64,000 bases of DNA from Octopus vulgaris (GCA_951406725.2 OX597821.1:13144001-13208000), one strand, 5' to 3'. Positions 26,085 to 38,608 are shown, numbered from the stretch's first letter. The notes: generated from the letters alone by a model not told the origin. Program-made: numbers and translations.

Positions 26085-26480
26085 AGTGGGTGTGTGGTAA
26101 GTAGCTTGCTTACGAACCACATGGTTCCTGGTTCAGTCCCACTGCGCACCTTGGGAAAGTGTCTTCTACTATGGCTTCGGGCCGACCAAGGTCTTGTGAG
26201 TGGATTTGGTAGGCGGAAACTGAAAAGATGCCCGTCGTATATATGTGTATATATATATGTATGTGTGCGCATATGTTTGTGTATCTGTGTTTGCCCCCCA
26301 CCACATCACTTGACAATCAATGGTGGTATGTTTATTTCCCCGTAACTTAGTGGTTCGGCAAAAGAGACCGATAGAATAAGTGCTAGGCTTACAAAAATAA
26401 GTCCCGGGGTCGATTTGCTCGATTAAAGGCGGTGCTCCAGCATGGCCGCAGTCAAATGACTGAAACAAGTAAAAAGTGTA
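26085..26480 (+). mobile_element. SINE family A, near full length
   Basis: Colinear with 21678-22135. Confidence 0.93.
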
Positions 26481-26734
26481 AAAAAAAGTATTATAATTTG
26501 ACGCAGCCGCAAAACAGGATACAGCAGTAATAGTATGAGTTGGAGTAGTAGCAGCAGCAGCAGCAGCGGCCAGACAGATGAGACGATCAATGCAGGAAAA
26601 ATACGAGATTCTGTTATCTTAAAAACGAATGACCTCTGAAGTTTCAGTGTATGTGTGTCTGCCTGCGTGTACATTTATGTATATGTGTGCGTGCGCGTGT
26701 GTATGTGTATGTAAGCATATGTGTTCGTGGGTTT

Positions 26735-26813
<79 letters not shown>

Positions 26814-27057
26814 GTGTGTGCGTGTTGTGTGTGTGTGTAAGAGTATTTGATTTTTGCGTTCCAAACTAAAATATTTTATTTCCGAAAACAATCTTCTACA
26901 ACGATGGACCATTAACTTTTTGACATTCGAATCAATTTTTTTGTCACATACGAAAAACTATACACATTCGGACAAGTATCTATGCGTACGTACATACGTG
27001 TACACACACATGGCTATATACATATATTATATATATATATATGTATATTTATATTTA

Positions 27058-27120
<63 letters not shown>

Positions 27121-27224
27121 CATACACACACACGCACATACACACATAATACATACATATATACATATGTAAATATGTTTGTATTTCAGAGAGAAAGACA
27201 CTCATATACATACACACTTATATC

Positions 27225-27700
27225 ATATGATACTCCCTCTCAATCCGACACCGGTACGGATAACACCTCTCGTTCCTCTTTGGTGGTAACTGACCATATG
27301 AAACAGAGCTTTCTAGGGATCAATTCCAACCTCAGTAGAGGCAAGAAACCTCTAGCCATCTGGTGTCTCAACTCTGTCTTCTTGAAGGCTTTTGTCTACG
27401 GAAAAATATAGTCTATAAATGCTGGGTCGTACACCGCTCTCACACCAGGCAAAGGACTACATTATCTGCACTGGTCTTTTCAAGCAGTGCTACCGAGCAC
27501 ATATGAATTCTTTCTCCAATTGAACTTCTGGATTAACTATACCTTTAGCAATTCACACACTCAACCTCAGGTCCTACATCATTTCTGATGTCCTATCCAA
27601 GTCCATTAATGTTTTAGGGGTGTGTCTCACAGATAATGGAACAGGATATGGTATTCATTCTTGGAATTCCAGGTTCGCCACCCCGCTATCATCTATAACT
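27225..27700 (+). mobile_element. Decayed PLE-like fragment
   Basis: Broken frames ..FKQCYRAHMNSF.. and ..EQDMVFILG..; followed by a pyrimidine-rich tail as in the PLE at 33722-35705. Confidence 0.45.
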
Positions 27701-28079
27701 AGATCCTTCCCTTCCCTTTAATACTCGCCCTTCCCTTTACTCGCTAATCTTGTTTCCCTTTCTCAGTTCTATAGCCCCCACAAACCCTAACAAGATATAA
27801 TATCAAACGCAACAACAACGACCACCCTTCACAATACTATCCATCCCACCCCTCGCACTTATCTTCCAACTCTCTACTTCTACTCTCAATTAGCTGATAA
27901 CTCACCTCTCCCTCTTCCTCATCCACTCTCCAATCTCTTCTTGCCCTTCCTTGCTTCAACTCTTCTCATACCCTTATCGAACTACCTACTTCCTCTCTTA
28001 GTTGTTTCTGTTTGCCTTATTCTTCACCCACTTTACATATCAATTTCCCTGCATTGTAACTGAAAATGTTAGATACTTA

Positions 28080-28923
28080 GGATCTTTTCCTTTTGAACGG
28101 AACTTTATAGCATAATTTCTAGGTAACTAAAAAGTTTTAAATTCGTATACTGGTAGAATGTGTTTATAAAACATCATTTTCTCTTGGCTTTATTGAGAAA
28201 GTTCTATAGGTTGTAACATATTTAGTCTAAAATTTCTCGCATTTCGGCAATTTTAACCAATCAATTACCTCCATTGATGTAAATAACATTCTGTGCATAA
28301 TGAATATGTCCCTCCTTTAAGAAACAGATTGGGTTTAAGAAACAGATTGTGAAGAAAAAAGATACCCTTCCCCCACCCCTAACCCTAACCAACCCTAACT
28401 AACCCTAACTCACCCTAACTCTAACCCTAAATCTAAAATAGATTGAAATGCAATAGATCGATACTAGGATTATAATTATGGGTGACAATTTCATACGACA
28501 CCGCTACGGAAAACGGGATTTTTTTCTTGTGGTGTCAAATGAAAATGTCACCCATAATTATGCCCCTATTATCGATCTATTGCATTTCAGTCTATTTTAA
28601 ATTTAGGGTTAGAGTTAGGGTTAGGGGTTGGGGAACGGTATCTTTTTTTCTTCACAAATGTAAATAAACCCAATCTGTTTCTTAAAGGAGGGACATATTC
28701 ATTATGCACAGAATGTTATTTACGTCAATGGAGGTAATTGATTGGTTAAAATAGCCGAAATGCAAGAAATGTTAGACGAAATATGTTACAACCTATAGAA
28801 TTTTCTCAATAAAGCCAAGAGAAAATGATGTTTTATAAACACATTCTACCAGCATACGCAGTTTAAAACTTTTTAGTTACCTAGAAATTATGTTACAAAG
28901 TGCCGTTCAAAAGGAAAAGTTCC
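28080..28923. mobile_element. Foldback MITE with about 400-bp TIRs, internal telomeric repeats and 8-bp TSD (Merlin-like)
   Basis: Termini GGATCTTTTCCTTTTGAACGG / CCGTTCAAAAGGAAAAGTTCC; TSD GATACTTA at 28072-28079 and 28924-28931; (CCCTAA)n at about 28377-28430 and (TTAGGG)n at about 28603-28626. Confidence 0.92.
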
Positions 28924-29281
28924 GATACTTATCCACAGATTTACCTAATATTTTCATGCTTACACTAATGGTTGCATATCTTTGACTTTTTGCGAACTAC
29001 ATCTGCCAACATTATGAAATAATTCCGAGCACCCTGAATCAGGTGTCGGACCTGTACGAACATAAGTTCTCCTCTTCGTTTTCGGTGTCTTTGTATTCTG
29101 TGTAAGTTTATCCTTGTTATATAAATTTCCAGATATTTATACATGAATATTCATCGTCTGAATATTTTCAGTCTGTTTTCTCTGTTTACTTGTATATATG
29201 TATCTATATTTTGTATATCTATCCCAAGCGGTTCTATTTGCATATTTGCATCATTATCTCCATTCATATATACCTACATGT

Positions 29282-29322
<41 letters not shown>

Positions 29323-29334
29323 CAGACAGATAGG

Positions 29335-29427
<93 letters not shown>

Positions 29428-30899
29428 GATAGATAAATAGATAGATAGATATGTATAAATATATATATATATGTATGCACGTATGTTAGAAATAGCAGGC
29501 AAATAGCGTATCCTAGTGAATGAAAAGGACACCTAAACAGATTGGATGATCATAGCTGGGATGTCTTTGATTGCCAGCCTCTTCCTATTCGTGAACAGAT
29601 GATTTGGGTTAAACAATATCAACAACAAAACTACATATTACTGACTACTCTGCATCAAACACACCTTCTTTGTGATTCTGCCCTAATTTTCAACATCTTT
29701 CATCCTTCCTTTTCTGCAATAACAACAACAGCCACTGCTACAAAAGAAACTGCAATATCAGCTCCATGCTGTTAATACAGTGTTTCATCATCTCCTCCAC
29801 GTTACCATATACACTATCATTAACTCCTCTTCATCAAAGACAACCATGGTTAAAAGCAACAGCAACAGCGACAACAACAGATACTACAAAAACAATAACT
29901 GAGCAACTTCAGGGCTGCTCTATTACTTCTGTGCCTCTCCCTACCTCGACTATGTTACTCTATCATCATTTTTATCATCTTCCATTATCGCTCCTTCAAC
30001 GAAGAAGACACCTATCATTAACAACAACTACTCCGTCCGCAGCAACACTAAAAACAACACTAGCAACTACAATAACCACAACAACAAAAGCAACATCTAC
30101 AACAAATTAAGAGCAATTACATCACCACCGTCATTGGCCCTTTACACCGAACAAAAGCACTTTCGTTTTGCACGGACAACGAGCGGTCAACCAAATTGTT
30201 AAGGATACTACAGAAAGACAGGCGACTAATGGCACTGTAGTGATGCTTTGACTATCATCAATTAGCAGCTAGTGAAACTGAGAGGTGAGGCGGGAAGTTG
30301 TGATAATAAATGCTAGAAATTATGATGGCTATTACAGCAGATATGAAGTGACATGGCCGTTCATTGACAGTTTTTCCATTAGTCTTACAAATGTAATGAT
30401 TGCAGAAATGAGGCAAACATCCGGGACATAAAAATACCAACTAGCAACATATTATAACTACATAACAATATGTCTACTGATCGCAAGCATTGCGGTACTT
30501 TGCATATGAACACACAGTGTAAACTATTCTTTTAAAAATACATACTATACGCGCATAAACGCACATATACATGCATTTATACACATGCACAGGAAAAAAT
30601 AATATATACATATGTACAGACATATATATGTATATGAATGTATATATGAATATATCCTTAAATATATCAATATGTGTGTGTGAGCGTGTATATATCTAGC
30701 TATCTGTACATAAACTATAAATATTAAAATGCATATACATACAAATATATACATATATATGTATACACACACACATACACATATATATATATATGTATAT
30801 ATATATACACATACATTTATATATACATACATATATGTATATTTATATATATATATATATTTATATATATACACATTTATATATACATATATCTATGTG

Positions 30900-30965
<66 letters not shown>

Positions 30966-31110
30966 TGTGTGTGTGTGTATATATTTATACGTTTGTGTGT
31001 ATGTATGTATATAGATATATATGCAGATATATGGCGGTGTTGGTGTACGTGTGTGGGTACGTAAATGTGTATTGGTATGGAATCGAAAGCAACTAATACA
31101 CATGCACACG

Positions 31111-31159
<49 letters not shown>

Positions 31160-31581
31160 AAACAAACAAACAGACTCATACGTAATGTATATTGGCTGTT
31201 CTGACAAGTGGACATTCGAAGAAATAACTGATATTGTATATTAGAGTTGATTTCGTTTGCCCTTGCAACAGTTGCCGCTGTGAAAGCGTATCAAAAGAGA
31301 AGACACTACAGATAAGTTATTCACAGATGCTTCACAAAATTACGAATACGCGTTGATTGTAGAGAGACTATTGCGATTTAAGGGGCATATCCTATTCTCA
31401 CAAGGTACATGTAGTAATTGACTGCAAAATCGCATACTCAATCACTAATAAAACCTTTTTAACGTCAGTCGTAATTTAATTATACGTTCTGGCATTTTAA
31501 TCTCCTCTGAATGAATTGCAGGAAAGCGTATAAAATTGTGCACTCGTGTGCGCCGGCACCCGCAAACACACACACACGCAT

Positions 31582-31623
<42 letters not shown>

Positions 31624-31717
31624 ACATCAAGAATAATGATTTTAGAACTTATGAGTATTTAATAAAATACAGTTCTATAAGTAAGGTAGTGAAGTGGCAG
31701 AATCATTAGCACACGTA

Positions 31718-31950
31718 GAGGCGCAATGGCCTAGTGGTTAGGGCAGCGGACTCGCGGTCGCAGGATCGCGGTTTCGATTCTCAGACTGGGCGTTGTGTGT
31801 GTTTATTGAGCGAAAACACCTAAAAAGCTCTACGAGGCTCCGGCAGGGGGTGGTGATCCCTGCTGTACTCTTTCACCACAATGGCGGTGCCCCAGCATGG
31901 CCACAGCTCAAGAGCTGAAACTGGAAAAACAAAAAACAAACAAAAAAACA
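31718..31950 (+). mobile_element. SINE family B head + family A-type tail, nested in a family C SINE (31685-32125)
   Basis: GAGGCGCAATGGCCTAGTGGTTAGGGCAGCGGACTCGC; B-box GTTTCGATTC; tail GGCGGTGCCCCAGCATGG. Confidence 0.88.
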
Positions 31951-32249
31951 AACACTGGATAGAATGCTTAACGGCATTTCGCCGTCTTAACATTAAGAGT
32001 TCAAATTGAGTCGTGGTCGACTTTGCCTTTCATGCCATCGGGAACGATAAAACAGACACTAGTTGAACACTGAGGTCGATGTAACGATTTGATCCCTCTC
32101 CCGAAATTGCTGGCCTTGAGCCAACATATAATAACATTATATTCCTATAAGCGGGGCGGTGAGCTGATAACATTTTTAGCACGGTAGGTATAATGCTTAG
32201 TGGTAATTCGCCCGTCTTTACGTTCTGCGTTCAAATTTCACCCAGATCG

Positions 32250-32490
32250 TGTGTGTTTGTATGTGTGAGCGAGTGCATGTGTATTAGTTGCTTTCGATTC
32301 CATACCAATACACATTTACGTACCCACACACGTACACCAACACCGCCATATATCTGCTTATAAATATATATACATAAATACACACAAACATATAAATATA
32401 TATATACATACATATATATATATATACATAGATATATGTGTATATACATTCATATACATATATATGTCTGTACATATGTATATATTATTT
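32250..32490 (-). repeat. Inverted duplicate of 30598-31145, internally deleted
   Basis: 32262-32357 is the reverse complement of 31023-31118; 32441-32490 is the reverse complement of 30598-30647. Confidence 0.92.
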
Positions 32491-32849
32491 CATCCAATTG
32501 AAGTAATAAAATAAATGCTTTCTCTTGGTCGCCGTAGTCGATTTCAGTGACAAGAATTCTAAGATGACTAGCAATATTTTAATTGTAAGTTTTATTTCAG
32601 AGTACCTTTCTCCTAGAAGAGGTGCTTTACCACGGATTATCCAAAAATAACGGGAGCGTCCTCTATCCTTAGAAAATATATATAACCCAAACATGGGACC
32701 CTAACAAGTATTACCATTCCGAGTCAGAACGGGACCGAGAGGAATAGTAATGAAGGGGTGACTCCACGCTCCTCAATATGGTCGGAATATCCTATGCCCT
32801 GGGATATCACAGAAACATCAGCAAGAATTTGAAGTTTTGTCCTCTTTAA

Positions 32850-32928
<79 letters not shown>

Positions 32929-32935
32929 ATATATA

Positions 32936-33648
32936 TACAAAACAATAAGAGAGAGTCTACCATGTGGTCACTCTAACGCTAGATATAGATCCGCAAAGGG
33001 AATCCGCCACTAAAGAATTGTTCTCAAGAATTAATTCAACACGCCAAGAATGTAAGCGAGCAGGACAAATGAAAAATAACGAAAAAATAGATTAACTCTA
33101 TACAATTGTTTCATCGTTAATAGATTAGGTAGTTTTACTTACATAAGTATTTTCGAATCGTCAGTAGAGTACATCAGAAATATAATTTGCTGAACCGAAC
33201 GGCAAAATCCACACGAAGTTAAACAGAGACGAACGGTACAGCCGATTATATTCGCAGTAACATTCAAATGCCCTCATTTTGGCGCGTTAAATCTCTGGAT
33301 GTAAATACTGCCCAAGTAATTTACTGCCGGTTTGAGAACATATTAATTTATAATTAAAGTCACAATAAGGGTGAAAAAATTGAATATTAATTAATAATAT
33401 CAATTCAAAACACCAAGTGGCCTAGCGTCTAAAAGACTGGGATACAGTAAAAATTATTAATACAAAACAATAAGAGAGAGTCCACCATGTGGTCACTCTA
33501 ACGCTAGATATAGATCCGCAAAGGGAATCCGCCACTAAACAATTGTTCTCAAGAATTAATTCAACACGCCAAGAATGTAAGCGAGCAGGACAAATGAAAA
33601 ATAACGAAAAAATAGATTAACTCTATTTAGACGCTAGGCCACTAGGTG
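32936..33648 (-). mobile_element. Non-coding retrozyme/pLTR-like element: 525-nt period, 165-bp direct repeats, HHR, short 5' inversion
   Basis: Direct repeats at 32936-33100 and 33461-33625; HHR at 33095-33170; 33626-33648 is the inverted copy of 33411-33433. Confidence 0.88.
33095..33170 (-). ncRNA. Minimal type-I hammerhead ribozyme
   Basis: ACTCTA-CTGACGA-TTCG..CGAT-GAAA-CAATTG-TA/TAGAGT; perfect 6-bp helix I; palindromic helix III ACAATTGT. Confidence 0.85.
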
Positions 33649-33721
33649 ACCTAGAGAGAGAGAGAGAGAAATAGACAAGCAGACATAGATATATATCTAT
33701 CTATCTATATATATATATATA

Positions 33722-35705
33722 ACGGGAAGCTTTATGAAAATAGACAAAAGACGAAGGCAGGTGGAAAACAAACAAACAATTGTATTAGTATGGCGCTCAG
33801 GAAATATAAATAAAACAAGTATTTAACGTTTCGAGCCTACGCTCTTCAACAGAAAGATACACAGAGAGAAAAAAAACACAGAAAGAAGGAGAGAAAAAAA
33901 TGCGTGCAGTAACTAACGAATCAACATGGCGATCTGATTTCGGCCAGAGGTCAAAGATCAAACATGAGACGCGAGAGCGAAATAAGGGGAGATAATAGGG
34001 TTGATAATAGGGTTGAATGACCCTAGGATAGGTCTGGACAGGCGTATGTATGGGGTTGGTGTATGTATTAGTATGTATTAGTATGTATTAGTACGTATTA
34101 GTATGTATAAGTGTGTGTGTGTGTGTATGAGAGTATAAGTGCGTATGAGGGGTCTGGACGTGTGTATGTATAGGGTTGGTGTATGTATTAGTATGTATTA
34201 GTATGTATTAGTACGTATTAGTATGTATTAGTTGGTGTATGTATTAGTATGGCACATCATATATGATGTGATGTGTAAAGTCGTGTGGTGTAGTGAGGAG
34301 AAGAGGGGGAGAAGAGGGGGAGAAGGGGAGGGGAAGAAGAGGGGAGGAGAGGAGGGGGAGAGAGAGGATGGGGGAGAAGGAAGGGGAGGAGGAGGGGGAG
34401 AAAGGAGGAAAGAGGGGGAGGGGGAGAGAAGGGGAGGGGGGAGAGAAGGGGAGTGAGGGAGCAGAGGGAAGAGGGAAGGAGGGAGGGAGAAAGAGGGAAG
34501 AAGGGAAGGGGAGTAGGGGTGAAAGGATGAAGGACTGAAGAAGTAGGGGTCGGGGGGGGGGAAGGATAGGTGAGGAGGGGGGAGAGAGGGGGGTTAGATG
34601 AAGAGGGGGGAGAGTTGAGACCAAAGGGCGTATAAGAGCGAAGAGAGAAGATTAATTCCTGTTCACGGCGCAAACGGGAATCCGGATGGCCTCTGTGTAA
34701 GGACAAACCGAACACAGATAGGTGTTGCAAGGAGTGACCGGTGGAGCGGAAATGGCGTGAGACCAGTGTGTCGTTCGCAAGGTGGATGTCACGAAGGTGT
34801 TCCGCGAACCGGTCAGCCAAGCGGCGTCCCGTTTGTCCGATGTACAAGGAATTGCAGAGAGAGCAAGAGACGCAATAGATAATATTGTTGGAGGTGCAGG
34901 TGAAGGAGTGGATGATGGGATAGTGTCGATGGTGGGTGCTAGTGAGGCGGGTGGTGTTGGAGAGGTAAGGGCAAGTGCGGCAACGTGGGCGGGAGCAGGG
35001 GAACGAGCCGGGTTGGGAGGTAGGGTCAGGGAAGGAGCTATGGACCAAAAGGTCTCGAAGGTTGTGGGCTCGTTTGAAAGAGGGAAGAGGTGTGAAGTGG
35101 ACGGGTCGGACTGGAGATGACGGAAAGCTCGAAGAATGGTGCGTTGGAGACGTAGGGTCGTGGGGTGGTAAGTGAGGGGAAAAGGGAGACGGGAGACTAC
35201 AGGGCGGGTTCGGGGAGAGAGAGCAGATACACGGTCCACGGACCGTGCTCTGGCAAGGGCGGTGTGGATAGTGGTGAGGGGGTATCCACGTAGGGTGAAG
35301 TGGTGAGCCATACGTTGAGACTGAGTCTCAAAGTCATGGTCGTCACTACAGAGCCTACGTAGACGGAGGAATTGGGAATAGGGGATGGAAAGCTTGGTGT
35401 GTTCTGGGTGGGAGGAAGAGAAGTTGAGGTATGAGTGTGAGTCTGTGTGTTTGTAGTGAATGGAGGTGGTAAGAGTGGAGTGAAGAATGCTAACCGAAAT
35501 GTCGAGGAAGGAGACAGAGATGTTGGAGATAGTGGAAGTGAAGTGGAGGGCTGGATGGAAAGATTGGACGAAAGAGAGGAAGGAATCTAGATGTTCACGG
35601 GAGAGTGAGGTGGCACCGATAATGTCGTCAATAGTTCAGGAGTGGGACCAGTGAAATTAGAGAATATTTGGGCCTCAACATAACCAACGAACAGGTTCGC
35701 ATAGT
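33722..35705 (-). mobile_element. Penelope-like element, 5'-truncated, young (RT thumb + GIY-YIG + 3' UTR with HHR)
   Basis: [74 protein letters not shown]; few frameshifts; both ends in (TA)n. Confidence 0.95.
33820..33858 (-). ncRNA. Minimal hammerhead variant in the PLE tail
   Basis: TTT-CTGTTGA-A-GAGC-GTAG-GCTC-GAAA-CG-TT-AAA. Confidence 0.65.
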
Positions 35706-35891
35706 ATATATATATATATATACATACATATATGTATATATATATATATATATACATGTATATATATATATATACATATATACATACATATATACATATA
35801 TACGTATATACATATATATATATATATATATACATGTATGTATGTAGGTAGGTATGTATGTATGTATGTATATATGTATGTATGTGTTCTT

Positions 35892-36100
35892 TTATTCTTG
35901 TATTTGTTTCAGTCATTTGACTGCGGCCATGCTGGAGCGCCGCCTTTAGTCGAACAAATTGACCTCAGGATTTATTCTTTGTAAGCCTAGTACTTATTCT
36001 ATCGGTAGCTTTTTGCCGAAACGCTAAGTTACGGGGACGTAACAAACCAATATCGGTTGTCAATCGATGGTGGAGGTACAAACACAGACACACAAACATA
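35892..36100 (-). mobile_element. SINE family A 3' half
   Basis: GTTTCAGTCATTTGACTGCGGCCATGCTGGAGC. Confidence 0.9.
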
Positions 36101-36129
36101 TATATATATGTGTGTGTGTGTGTGTGAAA

Positions 36130-36261
36130 TACAGTTCTATATTTAAAAGATGAGGAATTATGTACATTATTTACATTATTTACATTTGACGGATATTTCT
36201 GCTCATCTTGTTTGTTGTTAACACAACGATTCGGCTGATATACCCTCCAGCCTTCATCAGG
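36130..36261 (-). mobile_element. tRNA-HHR unit, tail-only copy
   Basis: CTGATGAAGGCTGGAGGGTATATCAGCCGAATCGTTGTGTT...; truncated just 5' of the HHR core. Confidence 0.88.
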
Positions 36262-36410
36262 ACTCTTTAGTACGATCGTTCCAATTCAACATAATTTATA
36301 GAACTATACACGAGTTGTCCTCATAAAATTAGACACATCTAATTTTATGAGGACAACTCGTGTATACTTCTATAAATTATATTGAATTGGAACGATCGTA
36401 CAAAAGAATC
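36261..36410. repeat. Fold-back hairpin (73-bp arms, 4-nt loop)
   Basis: Arms 36261-36333 / 36338-36410. Confidence 0.95.
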
Positions 36411-37549
36411 CACGGACGAGAATTGCGTAGGTAAATATTGTTAACGACGAAACCGGTCTACGATTAATTCTTTATTTTGTATATTTTCATCTGTCTTACC
36501 CGCTTTTGTTCGGGAGTTTGCTGAATTTCTCAAGAGAGCATTCTTTTCTTTGTAGTTAGATCGTAGATGATCTTCTTCTATCATATGGGATGTCCACTTA
36601 GTGGTCATCCCTTATTATACGCATGTATTACAATTTTCCTGAATTTTCAGATTTTTCTATATGCTTAGGCTACTAGTTTTAAATTGATGTTAATTAAATT
36701 AATATTCAATTTATCACCCTCATTATTTAAATATATATATTTATGTATATATATATATGTGTATATATATACATATATATATGTATATATATATATATGT
36801 GTGTACATACATATATATGTATGTATGTGTTTATATATATTTATGTGTGTGGGCATGTATTTGCACAAGTTATTTGTATATTTGTATGCTTGTCTATATG
36901 TGTGCGTATTTGTATGTTTGTGTTAATTTTATGTGTGCGGTTTTGTGTGCTTTTCGCAAGCTGAACGAAGCATCTAACTTTCGTTAGGTACTTATAGGAA
37001 CGCCAATCATTTCACTCTCTCTACCTCTATTTTTCCATTTCTCTCTCTAATTTTCTGTTTCTTTTTCTTTTATTTCTTTTTCTTCTTTCCCACCTTTTCT
37101 TTCTCCCCAACCACTCCTACTTGTTATTCTGTGATATTTTTGTTATTTTTTCTTTCGCCTGTAACAACTAACTTGTACAAGCATACTCCAGAAGGTTTTG
37201 TGCGCGCGTGTGTGTGCGTGCGTGCATACATATATATACATTTGTATATATTTATGCTTTGCCTATATATGTCTGTATATGTATGTAGTTATGCACCTAC
37301 GTATGTATGTTTAATGTATATACGTATATTATAGATTGTTTGGTATATTGCTAAATGTATATGTATTTTAAAGTGAAAATTTTTCAAACGGATATATTTT
37401 TTAATTTATTAATTTATTATTATTTTTACAGCTAATTATTTACCCTGGGTATTCAGGCCATTTCATTCTTCATAGGCCATCTTTGATTTAACGTTTTCTT
37501 CAATTTTTATAATAATATAATGTTTAACCGGAACTTGTTATTTCATGCT

Positions 37550-37920
37550 GGAAGCACTCCGTCGGTTACGACGACGAGGGTTCCGGTTGATCCGAATCAA
37601 CGGAACAGCCTGCGTGTAAGTGGCTGAGCACTCCACAGACACGTTCACCCTTAACGTAGCTCTCGGGGATATTCAGCGTGACACAGAGAGTGACAAGGCC
37701 GGCCCTTTGAAATACAGGTACAACAGAAACAGGAAGTAAGAGTGAGAGAAAGTTGTGGTGAAAGAGTACAGCAGGGATCACCACCATCCCCTGCCGGAGC
37801 CTCGTGGAACGTTTAGGTGTTTTCGCTCAATAAACACTCACAATGCCCGGTCTGGGAATCGAAACCGCGATCCTATGACCGCGAGTCCGCTGCCCTAACC
37901 ACTGGGCCATTGCGCCTCCA
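37550..37920 (-). mobile_element. SINE family B, full length
   Basis: Head GGAGGCGCAATGGCCCAGTGGTTAGGGCAGCGG, B-box GTTTCGATTCC, tail ...CCGACGGAGTGCTTCC. Confidence 0.93.
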
Positions 37921-38283
37921 CTAATTTCATGCAAGCAGTTATTGAAAATACTGTTTATTGAAAGGATCAATGAAACAAAACCATTTTCAGATGTGTATCT
38001 ATCAAAGTAATTATATTTCTGCATATAACTTTATCTTGCTCCATTCTAAACAAAACTGTCCGATAAACGAGATCAAGAAACTCTGCGTAACAGTTTTTGT
38101 GATATTTTTGTTGCTATTTAAAAAGTATATATATATATATTTTCAAGTTTCAGCACAGAGCTGTGGCGATGCTGATGCACCGCGGTTAATATATATACTT
38201 TTTATATACAAATGAAAGACGGAAAATGGAATATATGAGAATTTATTATTAATCACATTCTTTCGACTCATCTGACATTGCAT

Positions 38284-38329
<46 letters not shown>

Positions 38330-38435
38330 ATACATACATATGTGTGTGTGTCTATGAGTGTATTTATTTGTGGGTTCAGTCTAAGAATGCTTTCATGTTG
38401 AGGGATGTCTCTTAACAATTATCAAGCCAATCACT

Positions 38436-38484
38436 TGGAACATCGGTGTTCTTCTCCAAAAGGGGCACGAACACCGATGTTCCA
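38436..38484. repeat. Perfect 16-bp stem hairpin
   Basis: TGGAACATCGGTGTTC / GAACACCGATGTTCCA with a 17-nt loop. Confidence 0.9.
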
Positions 38485-38608
38485 TATGATAGTCATGTTA
38501 ACTGTTAAGGGATTTAATTTAACATGAAACCAATTGTGGCCTTAACCCATAAATAGAGAATCTTTATCTCCCAATACGGTGTTGATCACTCACTACACAC
38601 ACACACAG

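Noticed and set aside
28377-28626. True telomere or chromosome fusion site
   Set aside because: The short degenerate repeats lie symmetrically inside a TSD-flanked element.
29542-30110. Mucin-like Thr-rich exon
   Set aside because: Decayed (ACA/ACT)n low-complexity sequence with no consistent frame.
37850-37920. Functional tRNA genes in SINE heads (also 39286, 31718, 40524)
   Set aside because: A/B boxes are present but the heads run into repeat bodies without a clear acceptor stem or terminator.
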